This document shows positions 28,982 through 36,020 of a DNA stretch of 64,000 nucleotides, in pieces (positions within the stretch are counted from its first letter, which is position 1; each line of letters starts with the position of its first letter). The stretch lies in IMG/VR virus record IMGVR_UViG_3300046010_001786; one strand, written 5' to 3'. Both the position numbers and the translations under genes were made by a program. A model generated the notes under the pieces. That model made no database searches, was not told where the DNA came from, and was given only the letters and a program-made list of their open reading frames with translations. Origin of the DNA: an uncultured virus (IMG/VR IMGVR_UViG_3300046010_001786). Lineage: Duplodnaviria; Heunggongvirae; Uroviricota; Caudoviricetes.

Positions 28982-29818
28982 TTAATCTCCGCAGTAACAG
29001 GGAATAGCTTCTTGGTTGTTATCAAACATGTCTTGCTGGTTTAAGGCGTACTGGTGTAACTCTTTATAACTTGGCATGTCCTTTCTAAACCTGGCCCCGT
29101 CTCCAAAGGTTTTGTTGCTGGTCTGGGCGTGGTTCTCCATCTTGATCCACCAGAGCGCTCGGTCTGGCTTCTCTTTGATGAGGCTTAAGATTTGATTTGG
29201 GGTCTTAAGAAAACACAGGTCACAGTTCCCATGCATGGTGACGCCGTTCATGTTCGGCAGCTCAAGATCGAAAGTCTGAGCCTTCCAGAACTCTGATACG
29301 GTCTCTTTGGTTACACCTGCCGTGACCAATGGGGTGCGGCTGCGGTCTATCTTGGCTGCGCGTCGCTGCTCGTCAGCTCGGATACCGACCCAGTCTTCAT
29401 TCTCTGTGTGATCCCACCCAAGAGACCGGACATAGTTGTGAATCGTCCTGATCTTTAACTTTGCCGTGCAGATGCGGGCTACAGGGTTGGGAAGGTACGG
29501 GCTACCGTTCTGGTCTATCAGTTCAAAGAAGGGCTCGCCGTCTCTGCTTGCCGTCTCAAAGGTTACGCGCTTGAATCTTTGGCGCTGCTCTTCATGATAT
29601 CGATACTCCAGCCAGTGGATCTCGACGCCCCATTCACGCCCGCAGCGGTCGATGAACCGCAGGGTTTCTTCCATCTCTTTGCCCGTGTTGGCGAAGCAGA
29701 CAATGCTCTCAGAAGGAAGCCCGCCATTACTTTGCAGCACGCGCCAGAGCATGTAGGCCGAGGTACGCCCGCCAGAAAATGAAATGACGGTCGGCTCTGA
29801 GATCTTAAACGGATCCAT
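28982..29818 (-). CDS. PAPS reductase family (CysH/DndC-like) protein
   Basis: ISFSGGRTS PP-loop, FANTGKE, RICTAKLKI, GIRADE, GNCDLCFLK, terminal CYC. Confidence 0.85.
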   Translation of the reverse strand: MDPFKISEPTVISFSGGRTSAYMLWRVLQSNGGLPSESIVCFANTGKEMEETLRFIDRCGREWGVEIHWLEYRYHEEQRQRFKRVTFETASRDGEPFFELIDQNGSPYLPNPVARICTAKLKIRTIHNYVRSLGWDHTENEDWVGIRADEQRRAAKIDRSRTPLVTAGVTKETVSEFWKAQTFDLELPNMNGVTMHGNCDLCFLKTPNQILSLIKEKPDRALWWIKMENHAQTSNKTFGDGARFRKDMPSYKELHQYALNQQDMFDNNQEAIPCYCGD

Positions 29819-29831
29819 GTTCTCTCCTGTC

Positions 29832-30001
29832 TGTAACTATGTTACACCCTGTAACAATGTTACACCATAATTTTGAGGGAGCTACCCCCCTTTGTTGTTT
29901 TTAATCTTTAAGCTATCTCGTAGAACTACTTAACGACACCTGTCTGCTGGTGGGCAAGACTCAGCCATCCCAGATCGTCTTACTGTAACAGATGTTACAG
30001 T
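29832..30001. repeat. Three TGTAAC...GTTACA palindromes
   Basis: 29832-29846, 29850-29864 and ACTGTAACAGATGTTACAGT at 29982-30001. Confidence 0.9.
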
Positions 30002-30183
30002 TGATCTGGTGGCCTTTACAAAGTCTGTCCGCCGGAGCCGCTTTGACTCGCCAGTCGTTCGCTGCTGGGGCACTAGCTTCGCCACCCCGTTCTGATTCTT
30101 CCGCAGCTTTCCCCCAGTTTCAGATCTTTGGTCAGTGCGCTGGCGTTGAGACCCCGTCCACACAGACCGCAGTCGGAGCGCCC

Positions 30184-30322
30184 AAAAGAAAAACCCCCTA
30201 GGGAGGACTTGGGCTTGACAGGCCAGCATCGGGCGAACACCAAACGATGACTACAAGCCCTCTCTAGGAGGTTCTGGGTCTTAAAGGTGTTCGCCAAATG
30301 CCGGAGCGTCACTTCCGACAAC
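30184..30322 (-). ncRNA. Putative structured leader/antisense RNA (c4-like architecture)
   Basis: GGCGAACACC/GGTGTTCGCC complementarity; long AACCTCCTAGAGAGGGCTTG/CAAGTCCTCCCTAGGGGGTT stem followed by a U-tract; downstream of a promoter. Confidence 0.4.
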
Positions 30323-30325
30323 CGT

Positions 30326-30354
30326 AGGATAGCAAAGCTGGAGAAAAGTTCCAA
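30326..30354 (-). promoter_or_regulatory. Putative sigma70 promoter
   Basis: TTGGAA-17 nt-TATCCT with an extended -10 TG. Confidence 0.45.
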
Positions 30355-30472
30355 GCAGAGTGGTAAATTTTACCAGTGAAGGAGGGGCCAGGATTCATTT
30401 GCACCTTTTGCCAAAGGATACGGGCTGTTTAACGACGCCGAGCCGTCGCCTGGCCCCGTACCTATGATAGGT

Positions 30473-30512
30473 AAAAAAAAGATCCAGGGCGAGGGGAATC
30501 AACCTGGATCTA
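30473..30512 (-). terminator. Intrinsic terminator
   Basis: AGATCCAGG...CCTGGATCT followed by a T run. Confidence 0.6.
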
Positions 30513-30571
30513 ACCCTGTGAGGGAGGAGAGTAAAACCATGAAACACCATCAGCGTAGCACCTACGCCCCC

Positions 30572-30868
30572 CTAGGACAATACTTTTAGCTTTTCGTTCA
30601 GGAACAGCCAGCCTATGGTCGCCCGGTGCGCTGCCTCCCATGCCTCCAGTCTTTCCTCTTTGCTCATGTCCGCCCCCTGGTCTATACGGGAATGGCACCT
30701 GTAACAGAGCGCTGCCAGGCGGAAGTCATGGGCTTTGATGGCCTTACCCTTCCCGTCCCTGAGCTGGTTGCTGTGTGCCGCGCAGATTGTCTGGTCTTTT
30801 ATCCCGCACATCTGGCATGGGGATTCCCTGACCACCTCCAGGAGCTTCTTGTCCCGGTAATTAGACAT
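30572..30868 (-). CDS. DUF1364-like Zn-binding nuclease-type protein
   Basis: PCQMCG...AAHSN...GKG..IKAHD...ALCYRCH. Confidence 0.7.
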   Translation of the reverse strand: MSNYRDKKLLEVVRESPCQMCGIKDQTICAAHSNQLRDGKGKAIKAHDFRLAALCYRCHSRIDQGADMSKEERLEAWEAAHRATIGWLFLNEKLKVLS

Positions 30869-31088
30869 ACTTCTGGAGCGCTTCGATAGCCTCTTCACGG
30901 ACTAGTCGTGCGGCAGTCTTGGGCATCATCTCTTCCCAAAGGAGCAGAGCCGTCAGAGCTTTCTTCATGGCCTCGTCCTTGGCATCCGGCAGAAGACCGT
31001 ACATGGTAAAGGGTGGGTCTTGGCGTACGGGTTCGATGGTGATTGTGTCTTGTGCCAGGTAAGAACCGGTGGTTGGTGTGATCTGCAT
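30861..31088 (-). CDS. Hypothetical protein
   Basis: In-operon ORF. Confidence 0.5.
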   Translation of the reverse strand: MQITPTTGSYLAQDTITIEPVRQDPPFTMYGLLPDAKDEAMKKALTALLLWEEMMPKTAARLVREEAIEALQKYV

Positions 31089-31090
31089 GA

Positions 31091-31282
31091 TTAGTCCTTT
31101 ATTTTGTAGAGAAGAGTATTGCCTTGGTAAAACTTATCCACGACTTGCCGTTCAGCGAGTTTGCCCAGGGCTCGGGCTACAGACTGTTGAGAGACGATGA
31201 AATACTTGGCCAACTGTTTAGATGTTACGGGGCGCTTGTGCTCGACCATATAGTCCCAAACCTTTTCGTCTATCGTTCTCAT
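31091..31282 (-). CDS. Small winged-HTH protein
   Basis: PVTSKQLAKYFIVSQQSVARALGKL. Confidence 0.65.
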   Translation of the reverse strand: MRTIDEKVWDYMVEHKRPVTSKQLAKYFIVSQQSVARALGKLAERQVVDKFYQGNTLLYKIKD

Positions 31283-31524
31283 TTCCGCTTCCTGCTGTTT
31301 GACTCTATGACCAGGAGTTCCAAGAGCTTCTCCATGTAGTGCTGCCCTTTGCCAATCTCCTCTGCCGATTGGTCTTTCGATCCCATCCGCATCAGATACT
31401 TTAGCGCCCCGCCCCGGTAGTATCCGATCCGCTGCTCAAGCGGCCAGGTATCGACTACGTCCCACGGTTCAATGTCCATCCGTTTGTAATGATCTCCACC
31501 TACTTGCCTATCTCTTGCTGGCAT
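31279..31524 (-). CDS. DUF3310 (SaV-like) protein
   Basis: RQVGGDHYK..IEPWD...G..LKYLMR.G.K. Confidence 0.8.
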   Translation of the reverse strand: MPARDRQVGGDHYKRMDIEPWDVVDTWPLEQRIGYYRGGALKYLMRMGSKDQSAEEIGKGQHYMEKLLELLVIESNSRKRK

Positions 31525-31526
31525 AT

Positions 31527-31790
31527 CTACTCCTTCACTGGTTGACGTTGTGACCATAGATCCAAACACACCTTCTCTAACTCAGCATTGGGTGGGTTAG
31601 TCTTCAGCGCATCCTTGACTCCCATGCGGTAAGCCTCGACTACATCACGCGGCATACGGATCGAGCTCGGATCTGGGGAGGCGGTCAGCCGGTCAAAGAC
31701 CAGGACCACCAGCAGCATGACCATGGCCCCGAGCGCAGCACCAGTCCAATAGGTGCCGTTCTGTATCTTCTGCTCAAGTGTTGTTTGCAT
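31527..31790 (-). CDS. Small membrane protein
   Basis: Hydrophobic helix; GGAGGAG RBS. Confidence 0.55.
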   Translation of the reverse strand: MQTTLEQKIQNGTYWTGAALGAMVMLLVVLVFDRLTASPDPSSIRMPRDVVEAYRMGVKDALKTNPPNAELEKVCLDLWSQRQPVKE

Positions 31791-32022
31791 TGGACTCCTC
31801 CTTTATAGGGGTGTTTGACCACTCAACTTTATAAATACCACCATCTAAAGCAAAGTCGATACGTAGGTTGCACTCAATCAAATACGGGTGCATGGAATGT
31901 CCAAGACCACTTTGGTTTTGTGGCACTCGGTAATATTTACTTACCACAGTCTTGCCACGGTCTTCCTCTGGAACAACTTGTTTGTACAAAGGTTCAGGTG
32001 TTTTTGATTGCTGTTTAGCCAT
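31774..32022 (-). CDS. Hypothetical protein
   Basis: MAKQQSK start with GGAG upstream. Confidence 0.45.
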   Translation of the reverse strand: MAKQQSKTPEPLYKQVVPEEDRGKTVVSKYYRVPQNQSGLGHSMHPYLIECNLRIDFALDGGIYKVEWSNTPIKEESNANNT

Positions 32023-32329
32023 CGCTCTTCTCCTCAGGCTCATGTATAGATTTTTCCGTTTTGTATACACGTTCTTCGGACATGTATACATTATCGACAG
32101 GTTGCGCTAGTGCTTGGCGTAGTGCTTCTACTGGGCCGCCTTTTAATTTGTAACCGTCTGTTGTAATCATTGTGTCCCATCGCTTCTTTTGTAACGCTTC
32201 AACACGCTTCCTGTACCAAGCATCGTTTTCCTTAGCCATGTCCGATGCGGTGTCAATGTCATCTAAGATGTTCCATAGCGTTTCCAAAGCCTCCAACGCC
32301 TGCTCTGCAGCTTTGCGTAGGTCAGTCAT
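32015..32329 (-). CDS. Hypothetical protein
   Basis: MTDLRKAAEQALEALE...ALRQALAQP, a common phage small-protein pattern. Confidence 0.6.
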   Translation of the reverse strand: MTDLRKAAEQALEALETLWNILDDIDTASDMAKENDAWYRKRVEALQKKRWDTMITTDGYKLKGGPVEALRQALAQPVDNVYMSEERVYKTEKSIHEPEEKSDG

Positions 32330-32556
32330 TTCTCACCTCCATCCATTGCCCACTGCTTAGCCTTTTCCAGCAACCACACGGCGTCTGCTCGGGTCATTTT
32401 GCTACTGAAAGATATAAAGTCGTTGTCCGTGTCGTAACCAACAATCAGAACGTCAGTCACCTCACCCAATTGACAACGTGTTAGCACAGCCTGCAATGCC
32501 ATCTCGGGAGTCATGTGCTCTGTTGGAGGGAAACGTAGCACTTCAATATTGTTCAT
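32326..32556 (-). CDS. Hypothetical protein
   Basis: DVLIVGYD...SSKMTRADA.WLLE; ATGA coupling. Confidence 0.6.
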   Translation of the reverse strand: MNNIEVLRFPPTEHMTPEMALQAVLTRCQLGEVTDVLIVGYDTDNDFISFSSKMTRADAVWLLEKAKQWAMDGGEK

Positions 32557-32795
32557 TTCTCACCCCTTGCTCGAATCATCGCCGCCGCTACTACTCCTTG
32601 GTTATGCCAATCACCATGCAACCATTCTTCAACCACCTTCGCACACGCCTCACGCTCATCAGCCCGTACCAACTCAGCGAACTTCGCAACATCAAGACCA
32701 TCGGCAAGGTTCATGCACTCGTTGTACATCTTTATGTGCGTCATCTTTGCCGCCATGTATTCCTTAATACGTTTCTCGTCTTCTAGGTCTCTCAT
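32553..32795 (-). CDS. Hypothetical protein
   Basis: FAELVRADEREACAK...AAMIRARG motif. Confidence 0.65.
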   Translation of the reverse strand: MRDLEDEKRIKEYMAAKMTHIKMYNECMNLADGLDVAKFAELVRADEREACAKVVEEWLHGDWHNQGVVAAAMIRARGEK

Positions 32796-32989
32796 GCCCT
32801 TTCCCTCTCAACAAGGTTAAACGGGTCATGCCACCGAAAGGTTCTGGGCGTTATCTCGTAATACAAATAAACGTTGCACGGCCCTTTTTTCCTCTGCATC
32901 AGACCTTCTTCCACTTGCCTTTCCAACCGATGCCGCGCCATTTTCATCGAGATCTTTTTCTTCTTGGCAAAGTCTTTGATGGTCATCAT
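32792..32989 (-). CDS. Small HTH-like protein
   Basis: TIKDFAKKKKISMKMARHRL; WHDPFNL C-terminus. Confidence 0.55.
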   Translation of the reverse strand: MMTIKDFAKKKKISMKMARHRLERQVEEGLMQRKKGPCNVYLYYEITPRTFRWHDPFNLVERERA

Positions 32990-33312
32990 GTCCCGCGCCC
33001 CTTGCCTTGCTGCTTACAGGGCCACAGCGCCTCTAGCCTTGTCCTGACTATGGTGTCTGCGGAATAGTGACGAAGAGCAGGATTGGCCTCCAGGAACTTC
33101 TTGATAATGTCGTAGACCTGCCCGGCCTTTACTCCTTCTGGTGGGCAGACAGTGACGTTGATCGCGGAGTCCGCCGCGCCGAGCACGTAGCCCAGCGCAT
33201 GGATGTTATCCAAAGCATCCCCTTGCATGTCTTTGTAAAGGTTGTTTCCTGACATGAACTCAGCCTGCGCCATTGCTGGCACGAACAACAGACCTGCTAT
33301 TAGTTTTTTCAT
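32986..33312 (-). CDS. Rap1a-like (T6SS amidase immunity family) secreted protein
   Basis: Signal peptide MKKLIAGLLFVPAMAQA; SGNNLY, GYVLGAAD, CPP, Q...II.KFL..NP..RH..A, WPC. True start at 33312 (AAGGA RBS), not 33402. Confidence 0.75.
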   Translation of the reverse strand: MKKLIAGLLFVPAMAQAEFMSGNNLYKDMQGDALDNIHALGYVLGAADSAINVTVCPPEGVKAGQVYDIIKKFLEANPALRHYSADTIVRTRLEALWPCKQQGKGRGT

Positions 33313-33323
33313 GATTTCCTTTC

Positions 33324-33955
33324 GTGCCTCAGCACTCCTAACCTCACCCGTCCAGACCTCAAAGGGCCGTTCCTCATCTATCCTCTGCACACTTCCAGCC
33401 AAAACTCACCCCGACGCAACGAACCACTTCTAACCTTGACAGCCTCGCCAAACCCGACCACTCCGTGCCCCGCCGTAGATCTCCTTTCCCCGACAGCCAC
33501 ACCGCGCCCTACCTGGCCTTTTTCTAACTATCACCACCTAACCGTGTCAGCCAAAACTGACCATGTCGGACCTCTTTACACCTCTACGAATCAGTCCTTT
33601 CCTTTGCACACTTCCTGCCCAACCGGGCCTTACCCGAACTCGTTACAACTTGCCCGTCCGAACCTGGACAGCCGTAAATTACCTATCCCTTCCCAATCAG
33701 TCAGAATCTTTCTATGACGATCCGAACCCGAACAGCCGAATCTGACCGGACCACTATGGCCCTTCCAAAACCATCCGTGCCCATCCGTAACAGCCGAACC
33801 AATAACGACCCGACCCAACCTTTCCATAAATGTCCGAACCTGAACAGCCATACCAAACCGCACCCGTAGCAACCGAGCCCATCACGTCCGTTCCCCACCC
33901 TGACAGCCACACCAATAACGACCCGTCCAATCCAAAACCTAACCTTTGCACACTA
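33324..33955 (-). ncRNA. Putative guide-RNA array: 11 units of (GGN-NN)n pentamers, each ending in GGC(T/A)G or GGCAC
   Basis: Unit ends (cagcc/ctgcc/gtgcc on +) at 33904, 33845, 33791, 33733, 33669, 33615, 33548, 33494, 33440, 33396 and 33324; spacings 59,54,58,64,54,67,54,54,44,72; strong 5-nt GG periodicity; follows a RAMP-like gene and its partner. Confidence 0.85.
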
Positions 33956-34417
33956 CGCTGTTACGGTTTGCTGCGTTTCCTGAAGATTGGTGATTAATGT
34001 GCTCACTTGATCTTGCATCCCAAGAATCTCCGCATGAATCTTTGCCTTGTGCAGATGGGCATATGCACGGGCAAACTCCAGTTGAATAGATTCCCTTGCA
34101 AGATCTTTGTCCGTCTTGAGAGTTTCGATAGACACATACCCTTGCTGGTCGCTTGGCAATCTTGGATCACGCACATAACTCACCGCGCTAATCATCTTCG
34201 TTTCGTTGATGATGTTGATCTTTACGCTGGTTATGATCTGCCGCGCTTGGTCTAGCCGGTACGCATGGCCAGCCTTCTCGTCATCCCACTCAAATAAATG
34301 ATGCAGGATGCTGTCTGGCTTTTTAGCCTCTTCTACCAAAAGGTTGGGGGTTATCCCATTGTTCTCTTTGTAGATACGACTAATTTCAGCGTTGATGTCT
34401 TTGCGTGATGGCTTCAT
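33953..34417 (-). CDS. Accessory protein of the RAMP-like/array locus
   Basis: ITPNLLVEEA...LH..FEWDD..AG..YRL.QARQII; ATGA-coupled to the RAMP-like gene; stop codon abuts the array. Confidence 0.75.
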   Translation of the reverse strand: MKPSRKDINAEISRIYKENNGITPNLLVEEAKKPDSILHHLFEWDDEKAGHAYRLDQARQIITSVKINIINETKMISAVSYVRDPRLPSDQQGYVSIETLKTDKDLARESIQLEFARAYAHLHKAKIHAEILGMQDQVSTLITNLQETQQTVTA

Positions 34418-35184
34418 GCTGCCACCTTGATCCCACGGCGTTTGCTTTCTGTCTCAAACCAGGAGTACAACTCTTCAGTCTCTTGATCGTAGAACTTAGG
34501 ATTCTCTAGCGCATCCTTCTGAGCCTGACGCCCGCCATTAGCAATCACTTCCAAGAACTCAGGATCATCTGCTGTGGTGAGCTTGTAGCAACCAAAGTTT
34601 CCAGAACCCTTCTCCTGCCGCCAGTCGCCCAGACCAGACACGATGCCTGCTGCTGCCAACAGATTGGAAACCGACTGTTGATTCAGCAAGGGCACGGTGT
34701 AGGACATGGAAAGGTAGCAAGCCCACTTCCGCATAACTGCACGGGTCCGAACGTCTGGCGTCTTGTTGATGTCTGCCGACCGGGTAACAGCCATCATCAT
34801 CTCCGGGACTCCATAGATGTGGACGATCTGACCGTCAACATAGACCTGCCGCTTGATCTGGGTCTTTGCTACGCCAGGCATATCGAGCGCTGCCGTCATC
34901 ATGCCGCCCTTAAACCCTGTAGCTAGGACAGTAATCAACGTTGGATCGCTGTCATCCAAAGTAACGTATGGGCTATCCCGGTACTCTTGAAGCGGGTTGT
35001 GCTTCAGGCTGCTGGCCTTCTCTGCCGCGTTCTTTCTTGGAGCCGGGAAGAGTAGGGTCTGCAATACCTTCTGACTCATTCGGTTATGAATCAGCGGGGT
35101 GGTGCCCAAGATACAAAAGTTCAATGTCTCGCGACGCTGCTCGGTTACAAAAATTTCCGTACTAACTTCTTTCTTTGTTGCCAT
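34414..35184 (-). CDS. RAMP/Cas7-like RNA-binding protein (stand-alone)
   Basis: N-terminal strand LNFCILGTTPLIH, helix GFKGGM, C-terminal Gly-rich loop AGIVSGLGDWRQEKGSGNFG: the motif order of RAMP-superfamily proteins; no other cas genes. Confidence 0.7.
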   Translation of the reverse strand: MATKKEVSTEIFVTEQRRETLNFCILGTTPLIHNRMSQKVLQTLLFPAPRKNAAEKASSLKHNPLQEYRDSPYVTLDDSDPTLITVLATGFKGGMMTAALDMPGVAKTQIKRQVYVDGQIVHIYGVPEMMMAVTRSADINKTPDVRTRAVMRKWACYLSMSYTVPLLNQQSVSNLLAAAGIVSGLGDWRQEKGSGNFGCYKLTTADDPEFLEVIANGGRQAQKDALENPKFYDQETEELYSWFETESKRRGIKVAA

Positions 35185-35202
35185 GATGCTCTCCTTGGTT
35201 GA

Positions 35203-35745
35203 TTACTTCTGAATAAGCCAACTAGGCTCTTGACTAGCCCAATCGTGCTCGGGTTTACAACTAATAACGTGCAACTTTCTTTGCTGGTGCGCTGCGAATT
35301 TATCAGCCACCTCGACCACCAACGGCCAATGCGATGAGTAGTCATCCCCCACTAGGAACCCACCAGGCTTAACTTTTGGCCACCACTCAGCCAGGGTCCG
35401 CCCGTTCTCTTGTCCCGTATGGGCATACCCATCGATGTAGATGAAGTCAAAATATTCATCTGGAAACAGTTTCCGTGCCACAGAAAAGTCAGCACGAATC
35501 AGACTGAACCTGTTGCGATACTTTTCCAACCTCTTTAACGCGGTCAGGTACTCATCATCCGTATGGTTACGCTCCCCGCTATACCGATCCACACCGTAGT
35601 GAAAGACACCACGGCCATAGTTCAGCACCGCCTCAGAGAACCCACCTTCAGCCACGCCCAGCTCGATGCTTACTCCGAACATGGGGATCAGGAGAGGAAT
35701 GTCATACCGCCGCTCAATCTTTTTAAGGGTGCTGTCTAGGTTCAT
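35203..35745 (-). CDS. Class I SAM-dependent methyltransferase (Methyltransf_24-like)
   Basis: IELGVAEGGFS, FDFIYIDG, KVKPGGFLVGDDY; start refined to MNLDST. Confidence 0.8.
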   Translation of the reverse strand: MNLDSTLKKIERRYDIPLLIPMFGVSIELGVAEGGFSEAVLNYGRGVFHYGVDRYSGERNHTDDEYLTALKRLEKYRNRFSLIRADFSVARKLFPDEYFDFIYIDGYAHTGQENGRTLAEWWPKVKPGGFLVGDDYSSHWPLVVEVADKFAAHQQRKLHVISCKPEHDWASQEPSWLIQK

Positions 35746-36020
35746 GGTTTCTCCAGTAGGAGCTCGATCTGTTCTTTGAGGTACACGCCTATGTCTTTGC
35801 CCTTGACCGCCACTAGCTGCGCCTCTGGACACTCATAGACCACCTTTGCTGCGTCCTTAATTCCTTTCTCGTATCCCGTGTCGAAGGCGTTCTTGTTATC
35901 CAAGACCATCGCAATACCATCCCGAACCATCCCAGCCGCCTTACGATCTTTAGCGGCCTTTTTGAGTCGCTTGTAGTGCTCCTCGGGGATGAAGACTGAA
36001 TAAGCCACTAGCCTTCCCAT
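35742..36020 (-). CDS. Small ribbon-helix-helix-like protein
   Basis: YSVFIPEEHYKRLK.AA...AGMVRDGI. Confidence 0.5.
   Translation of the reverse strand: MGRLVAYSVFIPEEHYKRLKKAAKDRKAAGMVRDGIAMVLDNKNAFDTGYEKGIKDAAKVVYECPEAQLVAVKGKDIGVYLKEQIELLLEKP

Noticed and set aside
30384..30457. tRNA gene
   Set aside because: tRNA-sized with a closing stem, but no recognisable T-loop (GTTCRA), anticodon arm or CCA; no tRNA recognised elsewhere by eye.
33445..33493. Array unit self-targeting the capsid gene (reverse reading G-x-D/E-T-G-T-V-R versus FDTGNVRY)
   Set aside because: Several dinucleotides mismatch; similarity is only partial.
33313..33951. ORFs 33436-33717, 33563-33745, 33630-33872, 33701-33910, 33754-33951 and the 5' extension of 32986-33402
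   Set aside because: Overlapping G/W/R- or P/T-rich frames expected from a 5-nt periodic G-rich array; no convincing RBS; period 5 does not fit codon structure.
33324..33955. Canonical CRISPR array
   Set aside because: No identical 23-47-bp repeats with unique spacers and no cas1/cas2; conservation is a 5-nt register plus short end motifs.
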